Below, one piece after another: positions 24,813 through 33,179 of a stretch of 33,179 nucleotides of DNA. The stretch spans positions 1 through 33,179 of the forward strand of contig JBHLMG010000025.1 of the NCBI GenBank assembly GCA_048938385.1. Reading direction: 5' to 3'. Made by a program: the position numbers and the translations under genes. Every line of letters begins with the position of its first letter. Position 1 is the stretch's first letter. The stretch comes from Promethearchaeota archaeon (GTDB taxonomy: Archaea; Asgardarchaeota; Hermodarchaeia; Hermodarchaeales; Hermodarchaeaceae). Below the pieces are notes generated by a model. That model saw only the letters and a list, made by a program, of their open reading frames with translations. It had not been told where the DNA came from and did not search any database.

Positions 24813-26708
24813 CTAGGCTTGGTAATCTTTCGCGCAATATTCAAGCCCTAAAGTATGAAGAGTTTGTTGAGTAGGAACACCGGTCGTCTTATCCCATCCA
24901 TATAGCTCATAATACTCCTCTAACATGGGTTCAAGGTTTACCATTTGCCCCTTACTTGGACCAGCTGGGATGGGTTCATGGGTGAACCGACGTGGTAACT
25001 GATCATCTTCTCGAGTAATGCCTTCCCGCAAATTGAAGCAGCGTTTCATGGTAACAAGTCTTGTTCCAATTGTCATCAGTTCCTCCACATCAGCAAACGC
25101 AGATTCACCGGTTACCGCCGTAAGAACTGCAGCAAAGTCTTCGATCCAAAAGATGGGTGGCCAAGAACAGGTATACCAACACACAATTAGGCTGTCCCGA
25201 ATAGTATAAACCTTCTCAGTCACGACAGTCGCCAATGCTTTGTGCGTTTCCACATAGGGATCACAGATATCCGGAAGCTTGTCAGCACCGAAGCGTTCTG
25301 CTGCTACATCCTTGTAGGCTAACTGGTCCATGGTTACTAGGTTTCTAAGGTGGTCCGCGCCCCGGGCTGCCACTGCATGACCTAGCCCCATCGAGCGATG
25401 TGCTCGACCATCCTGACCTGAAATCTCCATGCCTTTTACCGTCATATCAAAGGGTCTGGCTAAATCGCCTTTTCTCAAGGCTATTTTGTGGCTTCCTTCT
25501 GCAGCTAGATCACCTAATCCCTTTCGATTAGCGATTGCGTGTAACAAGTCAATGAGGGCCTGTTGATTTCCCCACTGAAGATCGAGTTCTTGTAGCTCGT
25601 GTTGAGTCAAGAGATTATGTTCTGCGAGTTCCATTAGAAAGGCTACAGTACATCCTGCACTGATAACGTCTAAACCATACTCGTTACACAGATGCTGGGC
25701 TTGGAGAATAGTTGGTGGGTTATCGATTCCGACATTGCTCCCCATCGCCATGATTCCTTCATATTCCGGTCCCTCGGTAATCAATCCTTTATAGGGACCC
25801 CTATCGACTTTGAAGGCTTTTTTACAGGCTAATCGACAGGTTGAGCATGCACGAGTCGTATGATAATATTCGTCGTGAAAGGTTTCTGCAGAGATCCGAT
25901 CCCACCCTTCGTAGACGCCTTCACGGTGATTGCGGGTGGGTAATTCCCCGATACTTTGCTTCGTGGCAACAAGAATTGCCGTTCCGTATTTTCGCATCTC
26001 GAGGGCTTGCGGATTTTCTTGCACTCTTCGATGTCCCTCTTCCCAAAGGGCTCGGAATCGTTGAGGATCTGCAACCTCAACACTTCCACTTCCTCGCACA
26101 ATGATGGCTTTCAAGTTTTTACTTCCCATCACGGCACCCATTCCGGTACGCCCTGCGGCTCGGGCGCCATCAATCATGATGGATGAGTATAGGACTTGAT
26201 TCTCACCTGCAGGACCGATCGCGGCAACATGTCCGTGTTGAAGCCGTAGATCTCGGCGAATAACACTGGAGGTTTGATGAGTGTTCATCCCCCAGTAAGC
26301 CTTCCCGTGATGAAATTCTATGGCTTGGTCTACAATTGAGACCACAGTGGGTGCTTCAGCTCGACCTTCGATAATGACAAAATCATACCCTGCATACTTA
26401 AGTTCAGGCCCTAAATGACCACCCACATGGCTTTCTCCCCAAATTCCAGTCAAAGGCGCTTTGGTCACAATAGCCATTCTTCCTGCTGTTGGCCAAATTG
26501 TTCCAGTAACTGGTCCAGTACAGAAGATGAGTTTATTTTCAGAGCTCAATGGTTCTATACCTTTTGGAACTTCCTTATACAGTAAGGAAGTTGCATAGCC
26601 TGTTCCTCCGATAAACTGCCGAGCAATGCTCCAATCAACCGGCTCTGTCCGAACCTGCTGGTTGGTGAGGTCGATACGAAGGATGTTTCCTGTATAGCCT
26701 TTATACAA
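24813..26708 (-). CDS. aor: Tungsten-containing aldehyde:ferredoxin oxidoreductase family protein
   Basis: GYTGNILRIDL, KAPLTG, ELKYAGYD, IGPAGEN, RAAGRTGMGAVMGSKNLKA, CxxCxxxC, EGPEYE, DQLPRRF, YYELYGWD. Confidence 0.95.
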   Translation of the reverse strand: MYKGYTGNILRIDLTNQQVRTEPVDWSIARQFIGGTGYATSLLYKEVPKGIEPLSSENKLIFCTGPVTGTIWPTAGRMAIVTKAPLTGIWGESHVGGHLGPELKYAGYDFVIIEGRAEAPTVVSIVDQAIEFHHGKAYWGMNTHQTSSVIRRDLRLQHGHVAAIGPAGENQVLYSSIMIDGARAAGRTGMGAVMGSKNLKAIIVRGSGSVEVADPQRFRALWEEGHRRVQENPQALEMRKYGTAILVATKQSIGELPTRNHREGVYEGWDRISAETFHDEYYHTTRACSTCRLACKKAFKVDRGPYKGLITEGPEYEGIMAMGSNVGIDNPPTILQAQHLCNEYGLDVISAGCTVAFLMELAEHNLLTQHELQELDLQWGNQQALIDLLHAIANRKGLGDLAAEGSHKIALRKGDLARPFDMTVKGMEISGQDGRAHRSMGLGHAVAARGADHLRNLVTMDQLAYKDVAAERFGADKLPDICDPYVETHKALATVVTEKVYTIRDSLIVCWYTCSWPPIFWIEDFAAVLTAVTGESAFADVEELMTIGTRLVTMKRCFNLREGITREDDQLPRRFTHEPIPAGPSKGQMVNLEPMLEEYYELYGWDKTTGVPTQQTLHTLGLEYCAKDYQA

Positions 26709-27246
26709 TGGATTTTTCCTCCTTCTGGATGAGGGGCAGTTCTTCTTGTCGAAGAAACTTCTCTAGCGCCTGCATCATCTTTACTACATAAATTTCTCCT
26801 GCTACCGGTTTATCACTAAACAATAAGGCCTCTGTTGGGCAAAACTTCACGCACTGAGGATTTCCCGAACAGAGATCACATTTCAATGGCAGCTGCGTCT
26901 CTGCATCCAATCGGATCGCCAGTTTATTCTCGGAGGGAACCTTATCTTTGCCAACAACACAAGCCTTGACACAAGAACCACACTGGATACACAGATCTGC
27001 ATCTAATACCACTGCATCCGTGTTTATGTCACGAGATAATGCATCTTGTGGACATGCTTCAAGGCAGGGCGCATCCCTACATTGTTGGCACACAATTGGG
27101 ATGTCTTGAACTGTTCCATCAAACGAAAGGACTTGGATGCGTGCTTTACTAGGCTGGAAGACCCCTTCATGGGCTTCACTACACACTAATTCACACACAC
27201 GACAACCCGTACATCGTTCCGGCAATACCGCGATTCGCAACGACAT
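26701..27246 (-). CDS. 4Fe-4S dicluster electron-transfer subunit (AOR-associated)
   Basis: CTGCRVCELVC, CQQCRDAPCLEACP, CIQCGSCVKAC, KCDLCSGNPQCVKFCP; 8-nt overlap with aor start. Confidence 0.93.
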   Translation of the reverse strand: MSLRIAVLPERCTGCRVCELVCSEAHEGVFQPSKARIQVLSFDGTVQDIPIVCQQCRDAPCLEACPQDALSRDINTDAVVLDADLCIQCGSCVKACVVGKDKVPSENKLAIRLDAETQLPLKCDLCSGNPQCVKFCPTEALLFSDKPVAGEIYVVKMMQALEKFLRQEELPLIQKEEKSIV

Positions 27247-27406
27247 TACATCCCCTAATTCTGCAGCTAGAGGGCTCCTACATTTCAGAAAAAGCTTGTG
27301 AATGAACCTTGATGAGAAATGTCATTCTGCCTAGGTACCGAACAGTTTTTTTATTTACTCTGTTTACTGACAGTTAAATAAACGGGTAAAGCGGAAGCGT
27401 AACACC

Positions 27407-27952
27407 GTGGAAGACGAAGGCATAATGCTCAAACTCGTCGTCGCTGGTGAAGGCGGCGTGGGCAAAACCACTATGATACGAAGGTATGTCGAAGGCGTAT
27501 ATCATTCGAGTATGATGACAGTGGGCGCCTCATTTGCTGCTAAACCTCTTGTTGTCAAGGATAGTGGAAATTCCACCAAAGTTAAACTTCAATTGTGGGA
27601 TTTCGCGGGAGAGAAGCGGTTTCGGTTTCTTCTTCCAAAGTTTTGCTTGGGTGCTCGCGGTGCGATTCTGGCTTTTGATTTGAATCGGTTTAGTACATTC
27701 TTAAAATTAAACGAGTGGCTAGAGCTCATTCAGAGAAATACAGAGGATATTCCAATTATTTTGGTAGGAATGAAGGCAGATCTTCATCGGGCCATCAATC
27801 GAAAGGAAGTCATTGATTACGCAAAAGGCAGGGGATTAAAAGCGTATTTTGAGACGAGTTCAAAGGATGATGTGAATGTGACCCCCGCCTTTGAGTATAT
27901 AACGAAACAGATGTTGGACTATGTTCGAACGAAGTTTAAGAAAGCCTATTAA
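27407..27952 (+). CDS. Rab-like small GTPase (no C-terminal prenylation motif)
   Basis: G1 GEGGVGKT, G2 TVG, KLQLWDFAGEKRFR, G4 GMKAD, G5 ETSSK. Confidence 0.93.
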   Translation: MEDEGIMLKLVVAGEGGVGKTTMIRRYVEGVYHSSMMTVGASFAAKPLVVKDSGNSTKVKLQLWDFAGEKRFRFLLPKFCLGARGAILAFDLNRFSTFLKLNEWLELIQRNTEDIPIILVGMKADLHRAINRKEVIDYAKGRGLKAYFETSSKDDVNVTPAFEYITKQMLDYVRTKFKKAY

Positions 27953-27984
27953 CTACCTTCCTTTTCGTTTTATACTCTAGATTC

Positions 27985-29313
27985 ATGGTTGGGTTTATCG
28001 TGTCGGATAAGGTGCTCAAGACTTTTGGAAAAACACACTATGCTTCCGAACTCGATGCTTCAATGAAGGGGGCGTCGGTGACATTAACTGGTTGGGTTCA
28101 TCGGAAGCGTGAACATGGTGGGGTCGTGTTCATTATTGTCAGAGACTCTTCTGGAACGATTCAAATAGCTGGGCATCGTGAGAATGTATCTGAAAAGGTA
28201 TTCGAGTCAATGCAAACGGTCACTCTCGAATCCTCGGTTCGAGTTGAAGGTAAGGTAGTGATAGACAAGCGCGCGCCTACGGGAATCGAGCTCAGGGTTG
28301 TTAACTTTGAAATTGTGAATCTCGCTGATGCAGAATGGCCACTGGATAAGGATGCGAGTGACGCATTTTTGTATGATAAACGCCATCTCTATCTTCGAAG
28401 TCCTAGTCAAACTTCAATTATGCAAATCAAAGCAGGAATTAGTCGGGCGGCTCATCAGTTCTTTGATAGTGAAGGCTTCACCGAGATTTTTCCACCCGTA
28501 ATGGTTGGTGCTAGCGTTGAGGGAGGTGCAACACTTTTTCCGTTCAAATACTTCGGGAGAACTGCCTATCTCAGCCAAAGCGCACAACTTTACGAAGAAG
28601 CAGCAATTTGCGGATTAGAAAAGGTTTACTTGCTTTCCCCCAGCTTTCGCGCTGAAAAACACAGGACACGGCGCCATCTCACCGAGTATTGGCATCTCGA
28701 GGCTGAGATTCTATTTGGAACCCATGATGATATCATGGGTGTCGAAGAGCGACTGGTCTATGCAATGGTACATTATGTCCAAGCTAAGTATCAAGACCAG
28801 TTAAAGCTCCTTGAGGTTAAAGTGCAAGTTCCAAAATTACCGTTCAAGCGCCTATCTTATGATGAAGCAATCGAGATTGCCAGTCAGCAGGGCTTCACTG
28901 TACGATGGGGTGAAGATTTGGGCACCGAAGCGGAGCGCGCAGTCTCCAAGCAATTCAAAGAACCTTTCTTCATCACAGGTTACCCTTCCTCTGCACGCTC
29001 ATTCTATCACATGCCTGACCCAGAGCGACCAGAGGTGACATTAAGTAGCGATCTCATAGCACCAAGAGGCTTCGGGGAAATCACCAGTGGTGGACAAAGG
29101 ATACACGATCTAGATCTACTTCTCAAACGCATTAAGAATGAAAAACTTGATCCTGCAGCCTATGACTGGTATTTAGAACTCCGTAAATTTGGTTTACCCC
29201 CTCACTCTGGGTTTGGTATGGGTTTGGAGCGTTTCTTGGTCTGGTTATTGGATTTGAAGCATATTCGAGAGGCATGTTTATTTCCTCGGACTCCAAGCCG
29301 GATTCATCCATAA
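27985..29313 (+). CDS. asnS: Asparagine--tRNA ligase
   Basis: OB-fold GWVHRKR; EGGATLF, AYLSQSAQLYEEA (lacks the AspRS QLYKQ Lys), SFRAEKHRTRRHLTEYWHLEAE, DLIAPRGFGEI, PHSGFGMGLER. Confidence 0.88.
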   Translation: MVGFIVSDKVLKTFGKTHYASELDASMKGASVTLTGWVHRKREHGGVVFIIVRDSSGTIQIAGHRENVSEKVFESMQTVTLESSVRVEGKVVIDKRAPTGIELRVVNFEIVNLADAEWPLDKDASDAFLYDKRHLYLRSPSQTSIMQIKAGISRAAHQFFDSEGFTEIFPPVMVGASVEGGATLFPFKYFGRTAYLSQSAQLYEEAAICGLEKVYLLSPSFRAEKHRTRRHLTEYWHLEAEILFGTHDDIMGVEERLVYAMVHYVQAKYQDQLKLLEVKVQVPKLPFKRLSYDEAIEIASQQGFTVRWGEDLGTEAERAVSKQFKEPFFITGYPSSARSFYHMPDPERPEVTLSSDLIAPRGFGEITSGGQRIHDLDLLLKRIKNEKLDPAAYDWYLELRKFGLPPHSGFGMGLERFLVWLLDLKHIREACLFPRTPSRIHP

Positions 29314-29414
29314 TTTTTGCTAGGATAACTCTTTATGTGAAGAAATGTAAGGTCAGGTAAGGTTTTAGCAGAGTTTCCGTTCTATTAACCAGCTTGGATA
29401 TCAAGGTGCCCTTA

Positions 29415-30080
29415 ATGGTAGTACACGCAGTGTGGATTATTGATACAAGCGGGATACCCCTCTACCATAAAGCCTATTCGCCTCTCGAGTTTGATGCCAC
29501 TCTGTTCAGCAGTTTCTTCTCTTCCCTCGTGCACTTCCAAAGCGAAATGATGGGTCGACAACTTCAAGACATCAACTTCGAAGATCTCTCCTTTAGTTAT
29601 ATTGTTGACAGCGGTCTCGTTTTCCTCGCCTGCGTGAAAAAAGATGCTTCCACAGGGCAATTACTTCAATCCTTACGCGATGTCTTTTTCCGCTTTTTCA
29701 AAGATGATCTTATTCTCCTTAGCTCAATGCTTCGCACTGGATCCAAAGCTCGTGAGTTGCTTCAGCAATTCGAAGGCGAAGTTGATGCGCTAGTTGGCTT
29801 TGCTCCACAAAAAGAGCCTCTTCCCGTCCGGGTTACCGCCATTCCTCGATTACTCCACAAAGAATCCTCCATTCGTCAAGATCTCTTGCGGCGCTTTGGT
29901 ATGAAGGCAATCCTTGTAATTATTCTCTCTGATGGAAAACATAAAGTGGGAGATATCGCCGACGCTTTAGATATACAACCGAACGAAGTTGACGAGATTA
30001 TACACCACGCAGAAAGAAGGGGATACCTGAAAATCGTCTCAGCATATCAGATTGATGATCAAACCCTTGAATCTCATTAA
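29415..30080 (+). CDS. Longin domain + C-terminal winged-helix protein (NPRL2-like architecture)
   Basis: VHAVWIIDTSGIPLYHKAY..LFSSFFSSLVHF (longin); IPRL..SDGKHKVGDIADALDIQPNEVDEIIHHAERRGYLKIV (wHTH); ATG 29415 with SD-like AAGGTG at 29403-29408. Confidence 0.82.
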   Translation: MVVHAVWIIDTSGIPLYHKAYSPLEFDATLFSSFFSSLVHFQSEMMGRQLQDINFEDLSFSYIVDSGLVFLACVKKDASTGQLLQSLRDVFFRFFKDDLILLSSMLRTGSKARELLQQFEGEVDALVGFAPQKEPLPVRVTAIPRLLHKESSIRQDLLRRFGMKAILVIILSDGKHKVGDIADALDIQPNEVDEIIHHAERRGYLKIVSAYQIDDQTLESH

Positions 30081-30093
30081 ATTGAAAATTAAC

Positions 30094-30927
30094 TTATGTG
30101 CGTTCTTCAAAGCTACGCCGTGGGTCTTCTGCCTTAAACTTCGAAAGACAGGTTTTTTCAAAGCACTGAGAACAGCTCAAATCGCTTTGTTCCCACCGGG
30201 CGCGGAAAAGATCAAGATAAACTGCTTTGAGCCAATGAGCCGATGAGTATTCAATCACATCATCAAGACCTGTTAATCCCTTCTCAGTCAATGGAGCGGT
30301 TCCTCGCCAAAGACCACTATCATCAACGAGTATTCCATTAAAATGCAGGTGCGAACATAGTCGAAACTCTATGCCCTCGTCTGCTAAGGTTCGAAGTGCG
30401 TCAGCTTGTTTCCAGCGGTTTACTCCTTCGATAAATGCGGGCGGTGTAGTTAGAATCCGAATTTTGACTCCTGCGGTGTGTAGTTCCTTGAGAACTGTGA
30501 GGAGATTTGTAGCGGGTTTTCGTGTTTCAGGATCAGTGAGTTCAACCTCATGGAGTTGGTGCGTAGCAATCAAAACCCGATACTGTGCAGCTTGTAGCAT
30601 TTTAAAGAGTTGAGATGTTGCTGCGGGTCCACGAAGTAACTGAACTTCTGCAACCCCCTCCTGGTCCGATTCAGGTTTTTGCGCCGTATCTCCTGCCAAG
30701 TGTTTGCGTTTTAGATGAGTCGCATTATCTGCATATTCTCGGCTTCGATTCAGGAGTACGCCCCGCAACGAAGAGGTGTTTGCGCGCTCAGCTAAGGCTC
30801 TGAGTTCCTGTGATAGCTGCGTGAGTAACTCTACGGCTTCAGCAATTTTTCCCTCTTCTTCCAGTTTATGTGCCTTGCTAGTTCGGATTCCAATTTCACG
30901 CAGTTCTTTATCTAAGGCCAAGCACAA
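30094..30927 (-). CDS. MIT domain + degenerate PLD/nuclease-like domain protein
   Basis: KAHKLEEEGKIAEAVELL..LLNRSREYADNATHLK (MIT three-helix pattern); GVKIRILT, HFNGILVDDSGLWRGTAP (HxKx4Dx6GSxN with K>N, N>P); C-terminal CxxCx4C. Confidence 0.8.
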   Translation of the reverse strand: MCLALDKELREIGIRTSKAHKLEEEGKIAEAVELLTQLSQELRALAERANTSSLRGVLLNRSREYADNATHLKRKHLAGDTAQKPESDQEGVAEVQLLRGPAATSQLFKMLQAAQYRVLIATHQLHEVELTDPETRKPATNLLTVLKELHTAGVKIRILTTPPAFIEGVNRWKQADALRTLADEGIEFRLCSHLHFNGILVDDSGLWRGTAPLTEKGLTGLDDVIEYSSAHWLKAVYLDLFRARWEQSDLSCSQCFEKTCLSKFKAEDPRRSFEERT

Positions 30928-31089
30928 TGCCTCCCTGCATCAAGCCTAGGATTTGCTAGGTTTCAGCACATTTAATGCTTTTCTTGCTAGGTCTAAGGTT
31001 GCTGCCGATGAACTTTAAGCTCATTCAGTCATTTAGACCCTAAATAGAACGCGCAAAATTAACTACCAGGAGGGCAGTTCATAACGAAA

Positions 31090-32730
31090 GTGCTTCGAAA
31101 AAGCTCGCCTTATTTTGAAGCGAGTGCCACTGATAGCGACATCATCAAGCGATTGAATGCGATTGCTGAGTCGTTAACCCCTCCAATTAATGGAAAGCCA
31201 ATCCGATTCAAACTTTCCTTCGAGGACGCAGTAAAGCAATCTCTCGATGACCTTAAACGCCTTTTTAACCAAATTGGTTATAAACTCTCTCCAAGCCTTC
31301 AGAAAGACATCCTCGCAAAACAAGGAATATCAAAATTTGCTGAACTACGACTGCGAAAAAGCGATCTCCTCCTCAAACCTACGGGGTTTTTAGAGCTTAC
31401 GAAAATCAAACCTCTCCTCACTTATAATCCCAAGGAAAAACTCTTTCATGCTCGGATCATGGATTACCAAACGATTAAGCATTTCATCCAAACACAAGGT
31501 TATCCTCTAATCTGTCATTTTTCGATAAATACAGAGTTACCCGAGAAAGTGAAAAACCCCCTTCAACTGGACATGGTACTAAGGGACTACCAAGACGACG
31601 CTCTTAGGCGCTGGGAAGGCGCCCGACACCGTGGGGTCATCGTTCTTCCCACCGGAAGTGGAAAAACAATCGTGGCTTTAGAGGCTATTCGGCGACTAGG
31701 ACAAAACACACTCATCGTTGTGCCAACATTAGATCTATTAAGCCAATGGCATGAGGCTCTCGAGGTCCTCCTTCATGTTCCTGAAATTGGGATAGTGGGA
31801 GGTGGAAAACGAATTTTTTTGCCGATTACAGTCGCCACTTATGATTCAGCATCCCTACTGGCATACAAACACACGACATTTTTTGGCTTGTTAGTATTTG
31901 ATGAAGTTCACCATCTCCCTAGTCCGACCTACCGCTTAACTGCCGAACAATCCATTGCACCCTTTCGATTAGGACTAACAGCTACTCCTGAAAGATATGA
32001 TGAACTCCACCATGATCTCGACCGACTTGTTGGACCCACAGTTTATCGCATTGCCCCACGAGTATTAGAAAAGGAAGGGTTTCTTGCATCCTATCAGTTA
32101 CAACGAATTCAAATTCGTTTGAAACCAGAAGAAGAGGCCCAATATGAAGCCCATATGCGTAGCTTCCGTAATTATACGCGACGACTTGATGACATCGAAC
32201 CCGGTTGGCGCTTCGAAACTATAGTGAAACGCACTGTGTTTGATCCTGATGCCCGCCAAGCTCTTTCTAATTTAGAGAAGGCACGACGAGTTGCTCTTGA
32301 AGCTGCTGGAAAAATTGGGCAAGTGGAAAAGCTTCTAGAGGAACATCAAAACGAGAAGATCATTATTTTTTCTCGATATACTCGGATAGTCGAAAAAATT
32401 TCTGACCTTTTTGGTATTCCACTCATCACCCATAAAACAAAGGTCTCGGAGCGCGAACAGATTCTGGCAAGATTTAAATCTGGAGATTATACGAAAATCG
32501 TGTCAGGACAAGTTCTTGATGAAGGTGTGGATGTTCCCGATGCCTCCGTTGGCATCATAATCTCAGGGACAGGGAGTAAACGGGAATTCATCCAACGTCT
32601 TGGTCGATTATTGCGTCCACAAAAGGAACAAGCCATTCTATATGAACTGGTCACCGAATCTACACTAGAAGATGGTCTTTCTAAGCGCAGACGGATCTCC
32701 GAAGTGGAGGATTCGAATACCTCTGATTGA
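31090..32730 (+). CDS. xpb: XPB/Rad25-like SF2 DNA helicase
   Basis: LRDYQ, LPTGSGKT, VVPT, DEVHHL, GLTATPER, VLDEGVDVPDA, FIQRLGRLLRP. Confidence 0.92.
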   Translation: MLRKSSPYFEASATDSDIIKRLNAIAESLTPPINGKPIRFKLSFEDAVKQSLDDLKRLFNQIGYKLSPSLQKDILAKQGISKFAELRLRKSDLLLKPTGFLELTKIKPLLTYNPKEKLFHARIMDYQTIKHFIQTQGYPLICHFSINTELPEKVKNPLQLDMVLRDYQDDALRRWEGARHRGVIVLPTGSGKTIVALEAIRRLGQNTLIVVPTLDLLSQWHEALEVLLHVPEIGIVGGGKRIFLPITVATYDSASLLAYKHTTFFGLLVFDEVHHLPSPTYRLTAEQSIAPFRLGLTATPERYDELHHDLDRLVGPTVYRIAPRVLEKEGFLASYQLQRIQIRLKPEEEAQYEAHMRSFRNYTRRLDDIEPGWRFETIVKRTVFDPDARQALSNLEKARRVALEAAGKIGQVEKLLEEHQNEKIIIFSRYTRIVEKISDLFGIPLITHKTKVSEREQILARFKSGDYTKIVSGQVLDEGVDVPDASVGIIISGTGSKREFIQRLGRLLRPQKEQAILYELVTESTLEDGLSKRRRISEVEDSNTSD

Positions 32731-32738
32731 ATAGACGA

Positions 32739-33092
32739 CTAGTATCCTTTTCCAGGTCCTGTCATGATAAAGACCAAGCCCACAAGAATGAGGATACCGG
32801 CTCCAAGAGAAATAAGTGAGGGGAGAAGCAGTTCTCCTAGACTGATCAGATAGAACCATCCCACGAATCCCACAGCAACAGCAATGCAGATTCCACCGAT
32901 GGCTAGTTCTATGTAATGTGTTTCATCACTGATTGTTCCCGCAAGGAACAAGCCTGCAAGGAAGAAAAGTCCTGGAATTACTGCCAGCGTGTAAGTTTGC
33001 GGCGTCATAAAGAAGATGACAAATACCTCTAGCCACGCTGCGGCACCGATCATGATTCCGCCAAAAAGAGCTGGACGCGCCATAATCATCAC
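32739..33092 (-). CDS. Small membrane protein (about 4 TM), unknown function
   Basis: Four hydrophobic segments; TATA-like TTATTAAA upstream on the minus strand. Confidence 0.7.
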   Translation of the reverse strand: MMIMARPALFGGIMIGAAAWLEVFVIFFMTPQTYTLAVIPGLFFLAGLFLAGTISDETHYIELAIGGICIAVAVGFVGWFYLISLGELLLPSLISLGAGILILVGLVFIMTGPGKGY

Positions 33093-33179
33093 GGTTTTTA
33101 TTTAATAAGCTAGACACACAAGTCTGCCTATTTATTTTTTCAGGTACCGTGTTGTATAGTAGTATAGATCTCAAGGAGC

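Noticed and set aside
27985-29313. AspRS call (GEITSGGQRIHD looks AspRS-like)
   Set aside because: The substrate-recognition segments SQSAQLYEEA and RHLTEYWHLE are AsnRS-type.
1-33179. tRNA, rRNA, IS elements, integrases, defence systems
   Set aside because: None recognised; intergenic gaps are short and no such ORFs were seen.

Overview
Archaeal chromosomal window, most likely from an Asgard archaeon. The assignment is inferred from gene content: four longin/uDENN-like proteins, an Arf-like and a Rab-like small GTPase, a MIT-domain protein, and archaeal AsnRS, RNase HII, ATP-dependent ligase, XPB-like helicase and W-AOR. I see about 26 CDSs and no rRNA, tRNA, CRISPR array or mobile element. 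Highlights: (1) a threonine-synthase-fold protein whose Schiff-base Lys is Ile, fused to a PadR-like wHTH, with a perfect 22-bp palindrome over its promoter and a divergent ECF S-component, giving a candidate cofactor/metabolite-sensing regulator; (2) a cluster at 4996-8689 of longin/uDENN-Cys cluster-TFIIB cyclin fusion (apparent ATT start), longin-Arf GTPase fusion and longin/uDENN-wHTH-ER/K helix protein, a candidate GTPase-to-transcription signalling module; (3) a 1794-aa TrmB-like protein with about 1550 aa of helical spacer; (4) an ACAD-SCP2-MaoC triple fusion; (5) an NPRL2-like longin-wHTH protein next to a MIT + degenerate PLD protein with MITD1-like architecture. All domain calls come from motif recognition by eye; no searches were run.
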